Shown: in pieces, positions 25,933-36,060 of the stretch
Numbering within the stretch: position 1 is the stretch's first letter
Layout: each line of letters begins with the position of its first letter
Virus record (IMG/VR): IMGVR_UViG_3300010430_000027
Span: 5,347 to 69,346 of that record
Reading direction: 5' to 3' (one strand)
From: a virus
Length of the DNA stretch: 64,000 nt
The notes under the pieces: generated by a model
The model's input: only the letters and a program-made list of their open reading frames with translations
Told to the model about the DNA's origin: nothing
Databases searched by the model: none
Translations under genes and position numbers: made by a program

Positions 25933-26414
25933 TGCCCACGTTAACGTTATTCCAAGCAGTAGAGACAGACACGGCTCGAAGATTCGATGGTTACACAGCC
26001 ATATTGGGCATAGCAATAGAGCAGTCATCTGGTCTAACTTTAACGATTCCCATGCTGCGACCGGCCACAGAAGTTCAATACGTTCTAGATGTGACACCTC
26101 TTATACCAGGCCTTGAGGGTGCGACTCTCTACTCGGCATTGGATACTCAGACTGCATTCAGCTTGTCACACGTATTGGAACAATTTACCAATCCTGTTGA
26201 TAGTCCCTCTCAGGTCGAAGTTTATACAGTCCGCTATATAAAAGATATAACAGACAACGTATCAGTCACCGAAAGCTTTGAAGAGATAACCACAAAATCC
26301 AAAGATCTAAGAGACATTCCGAATGTAAGTGAGGTCGTTACGGCGCGTATGGGTAACTACTTCGCAGAAGACTATGAAGCTGAAGATTACAACAGCACAA
26401 TATACACTTTTTAG
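25932..26414 (+). CDS. Putative virion protein containing the QAVETDT motif
   Basis: TAATG coupling to terL; shares repeat motif with 41880-44318. Confidence 0.6.
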   Translation: MPTLTLFQAVETDTARRFDGYTAILGIAIEQSSGLTLTIPMLRPATEVQYVLDVTPLIPGLEGATLYSALDTQTAFSLSHVLEQFTNPVDSPSQVEVYTVRYIKDITDNVSVTESFEEITTKSKDLRDIPNVSEVVTARMGNYFAEDYEAEDYNSTIYTF

Positions 26415-26422
26415 GAGATGAA

Positions 26423-26872
26423 ATGTTAGAAACCGTTTCAGTAAACGGCAAGATAACTGCCGATATATACAGAGAAGGTGTTCTTATAAATTCTCTTAAA
26501 CAAGACAATCTTGTTGTGGATGTAGGGTTGGCACTCATAACCAGTCGTATGGAGGGTGTGGTCAAAGGACCCATCACGCATATGTCTGTTGGAACTGATG
26601 TGACATTACCCGATCCCTTGGACGTTGACTTGATATCAATGTTGGGTACTCGTCTTGTTGTTAGCACCAGTAGACTGACCACCACTGTGGCGAACGACAC
26701 GATACAATATATTAGTACATTCGGTGCAGGCATCTCTACGGGAGCTTTGACGGAAGCGGGAATATTCAATGCTGCGTCGGGCGGAGACATGCTTTCCAGG
26801 GTCACATTCGCAGTGATCAATAAGGCTGCAGCGGACACAATGGTTATTACTTGGCAGATAGTGTTTAGCTGA
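26423..26872 (+). CDS. Putative tail/fibre-associated structural protein
   Basis: AGGAG RBS; GALTEAGIFNAASGGDMLSR..F..INK...DT..ITW pattern typical of phage tail-collar/fibre-like proteins. Confidence 0.7.
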   Translation: MLETVSVNGKITADIYREGVLINSLKQDNLVVDVGLALITSRMEGVVKGPITHMSVGTDVTLPDPLDVDLISMLGTRLVVSTSRLTTTVANDTIQYISTFGAGISTGALTEAGIFNAASGGDMLSRVTFAVINKAAADTMVITWQIVFS

Positions 26873-28875
26873 TGGTCACTGTAGCGCTATTACCTGCCAT
26901 AGAGACAGATTCCGCATTTACGATCGACATACCCACTCTAGGTATCGCCATAGAAACTGAAATTGCTCCCAGCATGACCATAGGCCTGGGCAGTGACAGG
27001 ATAGCTGGACTGTATGGCATAGAATTGATACATGGTTTGGAAGATGTTGATAATGAACTCTGGTTGAGGATGTCCGGTGTGAGCTCATCCTTCGCTTTAC
27101 AGAATGCTGTATTGGGTTCGAACACAATAACGGCCGAATTGGGCACTCTGGGTACTGCCAAAGACGGCAAGTTGGCGCTGTCTTCTGTTAGTGTTACTGC
27201 TACACCAGGAGACTTAAATGAAGCCCTGGGTACTGCCGGAGTATTGACCACTAGAGTATTGGGGCCGTCTCCAAAAGGCTCTCCTTTGACCAATGAAGAA
27301 GTGGACACAAACTTCCTCTCTTTGGAAGCTAATAAATTGAACAAAATCATCGGACACAATAAGCTTCTTTATACCGATGATACTGGAGCTGTTAAAGAGC
27401 TGATTCATGGGCCTGACGGTTACATATTGCACTCTAATGGTCCGAATCAAGTGCCTTCTTGGAAACCTAATCCAGGTGAAGGCTCAGGTATACCTCTCGT
27501 TCTTGAGATTGAAGGTGTGCCGTTCAGCACCAATGCCAGTAAGCTTAACTTTGAAGGTACCGGAGTAGTGGTCACTGAACCCACTCCCGATGAATTCACC
27601 ATAACAATTGCGGGGTCCGGTGTGGCAGAATCCGATTCAGAGTACTTTCCTGGTTACATGTATACATATATTAACACTACCACCTTTATGGTGGAAGGCA
27701 TAGACGTAACTCCACTATTCTATTATAATCGTCGTGTCATATTCATAAGCGAGGGTCTGACCCGTTATGGACACATTGCTGCCATAGATTACGATCTGAC
27801 TAACGCTGGTAGTACTACATTCACAATGGCCATGGAAAACGGTGCGGATCTGTTCACTGAAGAAGCCACTGAGTTCGGTCTCACCACAGATGCAAGAAGC
27901 TGGGCACCTTTAACTACCGTGCCTTTTGACGGTAATGACATGACTTGCATGGCTAGTGGTAAGATCGGTGCAACCAACTTTTGGGTTGTTTGCGGAGAGA
28001 ATGGAAGGCTTGCTTATTCGCCCAATCAAGGTGGTAGCTGGGTGGAAGTCAATACAGGTGAAATTGGTCGTTTCACCGATATTGCATTTGACCACTGGAA
28101 TAATGTATTCTGCGCAGTAGGTACAGATGGTTTAATCCTATTCAGCACTACAGGGACTTCATGGGCTGCTCCAGCGGTTGTGCCCACTGTTGGCATCGGT
28201 TCTCAAAACGATTACTTTTCTGTATGCTTTCAAGAGTCGCAGGGCGCGATTATGATTTTAAAGAACTACTCCGACACTTGGGCGAAGATGTGGTTTACCT
28301 TTGATCACGGTGCCAGTTGGGTGGAAGCTACCGCTGGAGGCGGGCAGATTATAAACCCTGGGAGCGCTGGCACCAAAATTATGCGCTCCTCTCTTCCAAG
28401 TGCTATCTTCTTTTTAACATCAACAAATAAGACTATCCAAGGTACTTCCTTAACTGATACTTCCTATTCAAGCTATAATACTTGTCCTACAGGCGGTTCC
28501 ATACAAGGTTTTGTGTCGTCCTTTGAAGCCACCATCTATAACGTGACTGTTCAAGATGACGGAACGATAACTCAATTTGAAAATACTCTTGAGTCGGCGA
28601 GTGATACGACAACATTTAGCAGCCCTCTGAGGTCTGTAGCATACTCAGGAGATCATGACAGGTATCTATGTGTGGGAGACAACGCGCAAATAGGGTATTT
28701 GGATGCCGCTGATTGGGCTGATGGACCCGCCGGTGATGATCAATGGACGTCTGTTCCAAATGGTTTCAATCCCACTTCGAATATAAATTGGGTGGTATAT
28801 GATGGTGTGGCAAATATGTTCTTGGCTTGCAGTAGCGCAGGTCAGATTTGCGTTTCAAACAGCGGTGTAATTTAA
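26872..28875 (+). CDS. Tail fibre / receptor-binding protein with beta-propeller (BNR-like) repeats
   Basis: KGSPLTNEEVDTNF fibre motif; repeated blades such as S.NQGGSW, STTGTSW and TFDHGASW. Confidence 0.7.
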   Translation: MVTVALLPAIETDSAFTIDIPTLGIAIETEIAPSMTIGLGSDRIAGLYGIELIHGLEDVDNELWLRMSGVSSSFALQNAVLGSNTITAELGTLGTAKDGKLALSSVSVTATPGDLNEALGTAGVLTTRVLGPSPKGSPLTNEEVDTNFLSLEANKLNKIIGHNKLLYTDDTGAVKELIHGPDGYILHSNGPNQVPSWKPNPGEGSGIPLVLEIEGVPFSTNASKLNFEGTGVVVTEPTPDEFTITIAGSGVAESDSEYFPGYMYTYINTTTFMVEGIDVTPLFYYNRRVIFISEGLTRYGHIAAIDYDLTNAGSTTFTMAMENGADLFTEEATEFGLTTDARSWAPLTTVPFDGNDMTCMASGKIGATNFWVVCGENGRLAYSPNQGGSWVEVNTGEIGRFTDIAFDHWNNVFCAVGTDGLILFSTTGTSWAAPAVVPTVGIGSQNDYFSVCFQESQGAIMILKNYSDTWAKMWFTFDHGASWVEATAGGGQIINPGSAGTKIMRSSLPSAIFFLTSTNKTIQGTSLTDTSYSSYNTCPTGGSIQGFVSSFEATIYNVTVQDDGTITQFENTLESASDTTTFSSPLRSVAYSGDHDRYLCVGDNAQIGYLDAADWADGPAGDDQWTSVPNGFNPTSNINWVVYDGVANMFLACSSAGQICVSNSGVI

Positions 28876-28895
28876 CAACGTAACAGGTGTAATCA

Positions 28896-29348
28896 ATGGG
28901 TAATTTGAGCAAGCGCTTCAGTAGATCAGAATTCGCATGTAAATGCAATTGCGGTGATAGTGCCGTGGATTACGAGTTGATATCCAACTTAGAAAAACTC
29001 GCGGATACTTTCGGGGAAAGATATCCCACAACTGCTAGGATAGCAGTCCATATCAATTCGGGTCATAGATGCTCAAGTTATGATAGAGCTCTAAAAATCC
29101 GTATAGCAAAGGCACAAGGGAGACCTATGCCTCGTTATAAGAAGACCTCGCAGCATCTCAAAGGTGTAGCGGCGGACTTTTGGATGGAACTTGTCTATAA
29201 GAATGGCAAGCGAAAGAAGATATCCGATGATGAAATAGCGGACGAGCTCGAGAAGACCTATGTAGCTAAACACGGTATTGGGCGCTATAAAGGTCGTACT
29301 CATTATGATACACGAACAAACGGGCCTGCCCGTTGGGATAATCGATAG
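28896..29348 (+). CDS. Endolysin, peptidase M15A (Zn D-Ala-D-Ala peptidase family)
   Basis: FSRSEFACKC, INSGHRC, SQHLKGVAADF and THYDTR. Confidence 0.88.
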   Translation: MGNLSKRFSRSEFACKCNCGDSAVDYELISNLEKLADTFGERYPTTARIAVHINSGHRCSSYDRALKIRIAKAQGRPMPRYKKTSQHLKGVAADFWMELVYKNGKRKKISDDEIADELEKTYVAKHGIGRYKGRTHYDTRTNGPARWDNR

Positions 29349-29551
29349 TGAAAAATACAGTAGTCAGTGGTTGCATTAATGGCCTCCTAGTTACATTTGG
29401 TGCGTACATGGCTGTGGCCACTCAACTTGGACCTGAAGCTTCTTTTTCGTCCATCAGCGACATCACCTGGTCAATCATCGCAGTAACAGGTATAGTTGCC
29501 GGTCTTAAAGATGCTCAAGCCAGTCGTACACAACCGGATGCGCTTGTATGA
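29348..29551 (+). CDS. Candidate holin
   Basis: 67 aa with two TM helices, directly after the endolysin. Confidence 0.55.
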   Translation: MKNTVVSGCINGLLVTFGAYMAVATQLGPEASFSSISDITWSIIAVTGIVAGLKDAQASRTQPDALV

Positions 29552-29904
29552 GAGCATTCCTGGGGATACTTCTATCTCTATCTATCGTTCTATCTGCGGG
29601 ATGCCTCGGTGGTGGTCTCCCGGCAGATACCAATGAAAAGAAGTTATATGCTGCTGAAATCATATGGCGCAACACACTACGGACTATTGACCTAAACGTT
29701 GATAGGTTGACACTCTCTCAGAAAGCTGTTGCAGCTTCTGCTTTGAAGAAAGGACAAGCGGCTATGGTCGCTGCCCGTACAGCTTCAGGTGTTAATTTTA
29801 GTAGTCAATTAGGTATCGTTAACAGCTCGATAGATATTCTTTTAACTATATTGGAAACCATGGAGGTGAGCTATGGTCGTTTCGAACACCATTCTTTTGC
29901 TTAA
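29548..29904 (+). CDS. Lipoprotein (possible spanin component)
   Basis: Signal peptide with lipobox LSAGC in the lysis cluster. Confidence 0.55.
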   Translation: MRAFLGILLSLSIVLSAGCLGGGLPADTNEKKLYAAEIIWRNTLRTIDLNVDRLTLSQKAVAASALKKGQAAMVAARTASGVNFSSQLGIVNSSIDILLTILETMEVSYGRFEHHSFA

Positions 29905-30061
29905 CCTGATTAAGTCAGGATTGGCAGTTAGTGCTGAGATCGACCTAGCATTTAGAAAGGCTGATACAGAAGGCCGCAATATAACCCCTGAAGAACTCAA
30001 CTCCATTGCAACTGAGAATGACCAGCTTTATGAGTCCTTGCTTGAGAAGCTAGAAGGATGA
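29873..30061 (+). CDS. Small hypothetical protein in lysis cluster
   Basis: GGAGG RBS. Confidence 0.55.
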   Translation: MVVSNTILLLNLIKSGLAVSAEIDLAFRKADTEGRNITPEELNSIATENDQLYESLLEKLEG

Positions 30062-30065
30062 TATT

Positions 30066-30404
30066 ATGGACATGGACGAAAAGCAGTTCGAGACCTTCAT
30101 AATAACATTACGGGAAGTATTAGTGCAAAGAACAAACGGCTGGGAACGACATGTGACCACCATACTTGTGGCGCTCGTCACGGTGGGTATCATTTGGGTG
30201 GGTTCCTCTATACAAGAGTTAAGAGGTGAATTAAATGAGACACGATCTGAGATTAGGATAACAAAATTTCAGGTAAGTCTGCTTGTTAAAAATAGTGAGA
30301 AGGATAGTATCAATCACGTCAATAAGTTTGAATATGATTTGTTAGAGGATCGTGTAATTAAATTGGAAGAGAAAGGAGAAAAGAGTGGAGATAAATTTCG
30401 GTAA
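30066..30404 (+). CDS. Single-TM coiled-coil membrane protein
   Basis: TM segment VTTILVALVTVGIIWVG followed by a coiled coil. Confidence 0.6.
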   Translation: MDMDEKQFETFIITLREVLVQRTNGWERHVTTILVALVTVGIIWVGSSIQELRGELNETRSEIRITKFQVSLLVKNSEKDSINHVNKFEYDLLEDRVIKLEEKGEKSGDKFR

Positions 30405-30657
30405 AGTCTCCGTAATTGCGGGAGCCATCGTTGGTACACTCACTGTCTTGAGTTTTCTCATGGGCGGTGCAGTGTGGGCCTTGGAACAGCATTTCGATAA
30501 TCGCTATTTATTAATAGCTGAATCACTTGAAGGTAAATTGTTGGACAGGAAAAGGGATTTACTCATAGAAAAGGATAAGGAAAATCCTAATAGAAGCTTA
30601 ATTGATTTGTATAAATTGCAAATACAGGAGCTTGAAGTCAAAATAGAGAACGATTAA
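30385..30657 (+). CDS. Single-TM membrane protein
   Basis: AAGGAG RBS; N-terminal TM helix. Confidence 0.6.
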   Translation: MEINFGKVSVIAGAIVGTLTVLSFLMGGAVWALEQHFDNRYLLIAESLEGKLLDRKRDLLIEKDKENPNRSLIDLYKLQIQELEVKIEND

Positions 30658-30673
30658 TGCAGGAGACAATATT

Positions 30674-30877
30674 GTGGCAATGATAAACACAATTGAAGGT
30701 CAAATGGATGAGGACCTTTTATGGAAAAGGGAAGGTACAGTGGAAGATGAGAACGAGTACACTACTTGGATTGAATACTGGAAAGGTTGGGGGACAGATG
30801 ATCAAGTTCTCATGCATCGTTCAGCCCATGTAACCGTCAAGAAAAACCCCATAGCGGGATTCGCAACTAACATTTAA
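30674..30877 (+). CDS. Hypothetical protein
   Basis: AGGAG RBS. Confidence 0.6.
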   Translation: MAMINTIEGQMDEDLLWKREGTVEDENEYTTWIEYWKGWGTDDQVLMHRSAHVTVKKNPIAGFATNI

Positions 30878-30887
30878 GAGGAGCCTT

Positions 30888-31349
30888 ATGGCCAATACAC
30901 AAGCATTCTGTGATTCCGCAAAGCCAGAATTCATGCGCGGATTGCATGCACTGGGCGCTTCCGTTGTTCGTGCGGACACCGGTGTTGATCAACTTAAGAT
31001 GGCACTATATCATGATACAGCGACCATTAACGCCAGCACAACAGCGTACACAACTATCGGTGAGATTACAGGAGGTGGTTACACTACTGCAGGTGAGATC
31101 GTTCCCAACACAGCCAACAATCCTTCCGTAACTAACGGAGTGGGGCACTGGACACCCAATGGTAGTATTGTGTATTCTGCTATTACTCAAGCCACGGCTT
31201 TTAATTGCGCACTACTATATAATGATGATCATGCTTCGGACGCTGCCATCGCAGTGTTCACTTTCGGTAGTCAAACGGTCACTGCTGGTGACTTCACTTT
31301 GACGATGCCCATCGATGACGATGTTACAGGTCTACTGAGACTTTCCTAG
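30888..31349 (+). CDS. Putative virion structural protein
   Basis: GAGGAG RBS; LKMALY...GEITGGGYT...FTFG..TVTAGDFT; beta-rich and similar in style to 37325-37801. Confidence 0.7.
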   Translation: MANTQAFCDSAKPEFMRGLHALGASVVRADTGVDQLKMALYHDTATINASTTAYTTIGEITGGGYTTAGEIVPNTANNPSVTNGVGHWTPNGSIVYSAITQATAFNCALLYNDDHASDAAIAVFTFGSQTVTAGDFTLTMPIDDDVTGLLRLS

Positions 31350-31630
31350 TGGGTATTAAATTTAGGTCCAGAAAGCCTGAAAAGGTTTTATTATATGAGC
31401 ACATTCATATAGACAGTGTGGAGATCACCAGCAGGCGTCTAAAGAATTTGAACAAAGTACCCACATACGATTGGTTCATTCGTTATAGACTCTACGCTAT
31501 AGATAAGAACAAGCCCATATACGGTAAAGAGAAAAGAGCACGAGCAACTAACTATTCTAGTGATTCCCTCGAAGTAAGCATCATGGACATTTTGAGGACC
31601 AAAGAAAACTTCGATCTAGTAAAGACATAG
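31349..31630 (+). CDS. Hypothetical basic protein
   Basis: TAGTG overlap. Confidence 0.5.
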   Translation: MGIKFRSRKPEKVLLYEHIHIDSVEITSRRLKNLNKVPTYDWFIRYRLYAIDKNKPIYGKEKRARATNYSSDSLEVSIMDILRTKENFDLVKT

Positions 31631-31640
31631 GAGACACTAA

Positions 31641-33653
31641 ATGGCCCTTTCATTCACTACGGGGATGACGAAGCACAACGATGCTGATGCCCTGGGGAGT
31701 GTTTGGGATGTTCCCAGATTTTCTGGATCGGGCCAAGCTCCCAGTGCTGCTCTGGACACCACAGTATTTCGCGAAGGTGCTGGTTCCATAGGTGGTAAGT
31801 TAGCAGGTAACAATTGGAACGCAGCCATAACATATTCTTACTACGCTGACAATGGTAGCACCACCTTGGATATGTCCGATACTAGCGGTGATGAGGTTGT
31901 GGCTATTTGGGTGCTGATGACCACGCCTGGTACTGCTTTAACACTTGCAGCAGACGGTGGATACATTATAGTATCTTCCTCCACAGAAGCATTTGATTCC
32001 AATCCTACAGTATATTCTGAATGGTCTGTGGCGGGTTCTGACAAAGGAACCAATGGCTGGAAATTGTTTGTATTGGATGTAAGAAAGACAGCTTCCAATA
32101 CTGTCGGTGGTGGTGTGGATTTAACTGCAGTCACGAAAATAGGCTTTGGTATACGCTCCACTGCTAGTGTGGGTAATGTTAAGGCCGACAACTGCTTTGT
32201 TGACGCTATTTATACAGGCAATCCTCTATACACTCTCAATGGTGATGGCACGCTAGTGGCTGATTGGGATGATTTTTTACAGCATTCTATAACAGACGAA
32301 AACGGATTAATAGAAGAAGTGCCTGGTGGTATTGCTATTTCTGCGGGTATCGCTTTCGGTACAGATGCTCAAACGGCCACCACCACATTCGATGACTCCA
32401 CTGGACAGTCGGTAATCTTCAAGCGTCATACTTACTATACTACGGCTGAAGTTGATGCAGTGGACTATGCTGACTTTTATAAGGTGAGTGCAGCAGGAGC
32501 GGCAAGTTTTAATACCAGTGTGACCATAGGTACCGTGGTGGGTACGGGTGATGATAGGCAAGGTGTTTTGGGCGGACAGATAAAGACCGCAGATCTTGTC
32601 AACATGACTTTCGATGTGGACTTTCAAACAGACATAGCCCATCTTTCTGCAATGCACCTTTATGGTGTTGCGTTTGCAGGTGCTCACGGTGGGATACTCT
32701 TGGATGGTAAAGCCACAGCAGCGGACAGTAACGCTATCTCTTGTTCATTTGTGAATAACGGTGAGATAGATCCAGGTGTCAATAGTAACGGTGCCGAAAT
32801 TTTAAACTGCTCTTTAATAGATCCTGAAGATAGCGGTGCAGGCGACAATCGAGGTTTACGCTTCCCAGGAGCCACAACAAGAATTAAAAATATCTCGTGT
32901 ATCACCTCTGGTACTCCAACAACCCAACATATGACACATTTGAATAACACAGGTACATACTCTATAGATTATGACAATATTCAGATGTTTGGTAGCTTTG
33001 CCACCGGTACATTGTGGCACGGTGAGAACAGCGCTAATAACACCAATGTAGCAACGGTGAACGCTATCAACGGTTCTAATGTCACCGAGGCTGAATTTGA
33101 CAACAGTGGTACAGGACCGCCCGTAACGACCGTGGTGTTGTCTCCTGTCACTACTCTCATAAGGGTTAAGCACGGCAATACGTTGGCTGTGATACAAGAT
33201 GTGGTTGTCTATTTACCGATGTCGGGAGCGGGTCCGTTCCCATATAATGCTTCGATCACTATATCACAGACAGCTGGCCTAGCCACTGTGGCTCACACTG
33301 CACACAACTTGATCACAGGAGATGAAGTGGTCATAAGTGGTGCCGTCCAAAATAATTACAATCGAATTAAGAATATTACCGTGACCAACGCCAATGCTTA
33401 CACATTCCCGATAGATTCCGGAACTGTGAGTCCAGCTACTGGTACTATAACGGCAACAATGGTTCTGTTGAACGGATTGACCGATACCAATGGTGAAATA
33501 AGTGATACCAGAACATTTTCTGCAAATCAGGCAGTAAGCGGAGATGCCGATAAAGGTCTTTCCGCTCCTGTATTTAATCCCGGTGTTGTTGCTGGTAATG
33601 TCGATAAAGACAACGGCTTAACAATTGAAGTATTCTTAAACCCAGACGATTGA
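31641..33653 (+). CDS. Large virion/fibre protein with C-terminal FCCH-like beta domain
   Basis: Thr/Gly/Asp-rich 670 aa; VAHTAHNLITGDEVVISGA..YN...ITV..ANAYTF segment. Confidence 0.7.
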   Translation: MALSFTTGMTKHNDADALGSVWDVPRFSGSGQAPSAALDTTVFREGAGSIGGKLAGNNWNAAITYSYYADNGSTTLDMSDTSGDEVVAIWVLMTTPGTALTLAADGGYIIVSSSTEAFDSNPTVYSEWSVAGSDKGTNGWKLFVLDVRKTASNTVGGGVDLTAVTKIGFGIRSTASVGNVKADNCFVDAIYTGNPLYTLNGDGTLVADWDDFLQHSITDENGLIEEVPGGIAISAGIAFGTDAQTATTTFDDSTGQSVIFKRHTYYTTAEVDAVDYADFYKVSAAGAASFNTSVTIGTVVGTGDDRQGVLGGQIKTADLVNMTFDVDFQTDIAHLSAMHLYGVAFAGAHGGILLDGKATAADSNAISCSFVNNGEIDPGVNSNGAEILNCSLIDPEDSGAGDNRGLRFPGATTRIKNISCITSGTPTTQHMTHLNNTGTYSIDYDNIQMFGSFATGTLWHGENSANNTNVATVNAINGSNVTEAEFDNSGTGPPVTTVVLSPVTTLIRVKHGNTLAVIQDVVVYLPMSGAGPFPYNASITISQTAGLATVAHTAHNLITGDEVVISGAVQNNYNRIKNITVTNANAYTFPIDSGTVSPATGTITATMVLLNGLTDTNGEISDTRTFSANQAVSGDADKGLSAPVFNPGVVAGNVDKDNGLTIEVFLNPDD

Positions 33654-33663
33654 GGAATTTTAA

Positions 33664-36060
33664 ATGACAGATTATTATCAGGCCCGCTACGACAATGAGG
33701 CTTCCGGCCCATTCGTAGCGGAAGGTGCTAACCTAACGTGGACCGCAAGCGTTGGCTTTATAGTTAAGGTCATAGATAACGGTACTACGGGCACGTTAAT
33801 ATATGCTCTTGTGTCAGGCGTTCCGGCCGATGACGGTGACGTCATTACGCAAGGTTCAACGACAGCTGATACTGATTTGGACTCTCAACTATTATTATAT
33901 CCTGCTTATTTTAGAGAGGATGTAACTGTACCTAGTACGGGGATTATGGTGTGGTCAGGACCGGCATTGGGTGCCACTCATTCGTTCTTCTTCGATGGGC
34001 AGACCGCCAATGTTGTGGCGGGTGAGATTCTCACATTCAGCCCTGGTGGTGAAACATGTGAAGTCATAACAGTGGAGTCTGACGCTGGTGTGTCCGGTGA
34101 ACTCTCTGTACGATTCATTTCCAATGTGGATCAGACCTTACCTGCTGACGATGACACCTTCACAGGTGATATTATTGGTGATGGTACGGTGAATGGTGTT
34201 ATACATGATCGGGCGTACACTCCATTGCATCTGCACAGGTTGCTATCTCATCTCTCTACGGAAGGTGATATTGCGGGTGATGATGATCTCTCTCGTGTGG
34301 ATGCAAGACCGTCATCCAAAGATACCGGCGACATCGTCAACCTATTGAGTACTATGGTAATTGACGATACAATTGCACAACATATGTACGGCGGTTCTGT
34401 CAAGCAAAACGGTTCTGACACACTCTTTTCGGGTGTTAACGTTCAGGTGACCTCACCGCTTGCTTCCACTCAACCCGTCTTGATTCAAGATGACGGCATC
34501 ATTACCGACTACTGGAAGAATGCTTTTATGCCGCATTCAGTACAGGGTAATATCCGTCTATTGAAGAAGACCCGAGATGAAGGTGTGGATATTGACGGTA
34601 AGCGTATTCGAGGCGGACTCTTGGAGTATGGTGAAGTATACTTCTTTGGTGGAACCACACTGGGTTCCGGCTTCACATCATTGGCACTGTTCTCTGGTCC
34701 TGATGGTAACAACAACACAGCTTCTGGCACTGTTGCGGGCGCTCCTTACAACACCATAGTTGAAACTGAAGGATTACAGTTGATCAACTATCTTGGTGGA
34801 CAAGGTCTTCAAGAGTTCGGTTACAGTCTTGAATTTGGTAGTGCTAGTAGTGCGCAGGCTTATGAGCGTACCAAGTATAATCAACGTCGTGGTACAGCGG
34901 AGACTTTATTCGGAAGAAACTGTCAATTACTCACAGGTGTAAATCTTAATTGGGCATTTGATACAGCCACAGGAACGTACACTGAAGATGAGATTCTTGC
35001 TTGGGGTACCATCATAACGTATTCCGGACAGACCACCAATTTCTCAATAGGAGAAGTTATTAACTTTGTAGGTACTGGAGCCAAAGGTCGTTTGTTATAC
35101 GATAATGACGCTGGTGCCACAGGACTTATGGTCTTGGATATGGAACCTGGTATTCTACCGTTGGCCACAGACACACTTACAGGTGTCACTTCAGGTGGTG
35201 ACGGTGATGTGGACACTGTAACCGATAATATTACTGCCGGTACTGCGCTTCTGATTGCCTATGACGATGACACAGGAACTGGTAATCTGTATACACAACA
35301 GCTTACAGGCCTTATCCCTGCTAATAATCAAGTCGTGTACGGTTCTTCTTCGGATGCTAATTCAGCTGTTAACGGTTCGGTCAATACTCGTAACATTAAC
35401 AGCCAGTATATAGGTAGTTATACCGGCTCGAACTACAACCCCACAAACTTCGGTTTCGCAATAGATGTTTCCGATTCCATCCTGGGCGACAAGCTGCTCG
35501 ATTTGGCCAACGTACTAGGTAGCCCACCTGACAATCAGACTGGTATTATACGTCAGTTGAAGAACGGTGATGCTGTTACTGTATACCCTTGGAATGGTTC
35601 CACTCTGGATGCCAATGGCGATCCCACTCCAACGTTTGCTGAAGCGACTCTCGATGTTGCATTGATTGCAGCCACCAGTACTGACGTTGATGTGGACGTT
35701 ATTCCGGATAACACTCCACAGACTGGTTGGTTGCGTGTTGAGAGAGATAGCGATAGCAATCTTGATCTATTGGAGTACGTATCCCACACAGGTACGGTGT
35801 ACACTCTAGGCGGTAGCACTCCTACAGCACTTAGTGCTTGCGGTATCGGCAATACAGTAATGAGAGCTCCTTTGGATCTCGTCAGAACTGCAGATGGCGA
35901 TTCTAGCTTCACGGCCATCAAAGCAGCCGGTACTACTCAGTATGTAGCCAGGATCACAAATGGTACGGCACTGAATGGGCCCATTAAGCCCAACATTCAG
36001 ACGCCCATCTTCGGTGCAACTGGTTTTGATATTAACGCTAGTAGAATCGACGACAGCTAA
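33664..36060 (+). CDS. Large acidic beta-rich virion protein
   Basis: 798 aa, GAGG RBS; repeated segments of the YDNEASG / FDGQTAN / FDTATGT / YSGQTTN type. Confidence 0.75.
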   Translation: MTDYYQARYDNEASGPFVAEGANLTWTASVGFIVKVIDNGTTGTLIYALVSGVPADDGDVITQGSTTADTDLDSQLLLYPAYFREDVTVPSTGIMVWSGPALGATHSFFFDGQTANVVAGEILTFSPGGETCEVITVESDAGVSGELSVRFISNVDQTLPADDDTFTGDIIGDGTVNGVIHDRAYTPLHLHRLLSHLSTEGDIAGDDDLSRVDARPSSKDTGDIVNLLSTMVIDDTIAQHMYGGSVKQNGSDTLFSGVNVQVTSPLASTQPVLIQDDGIITDYWKNAFMPHSVQGNIRLLKKTRDEGVDIDGKRIRGGLLEYGEVYFFGGTTLGSGFTSLALFSGPDGNNNTASGTVAGAPYNTIVETEGLQLINYLGGQGLQEFGYSLEFGSASSAQAYERTKYNQRRGTAETLFGRNCQLLTGVNLNWAFDTATGTYTEDEILAWGTIITYSGQTTNFSIGEVINFVGTGAKGRLLYDNDAGATGLMVLDMEPGILPLATDTLTGVTSGGDGDVDTVTDNITAGTALLIAYDDDTGTGNLYTQQLTGLIPANNQVVYGSSSDANSAVNGSVNTRNINSQYIGSYTGSNYNPTNFGFAIDVSDSILGDKLLDLANVLGSPPDNQTGIIRQLKNGDAVTVYPWNGSTLDANGDPTPTFAEATLDVALIAATSTDVDVDVIPDNTPQTGWLRVERDSDSNLDLLEYVSHTGTVYTLGGSTPTALSACGIGNTVMRAPLDLVRTADGDSSFTAIKAAGTTQYVARITNGTALNGPIKPNIQTPIFGATGFDINASRIDDS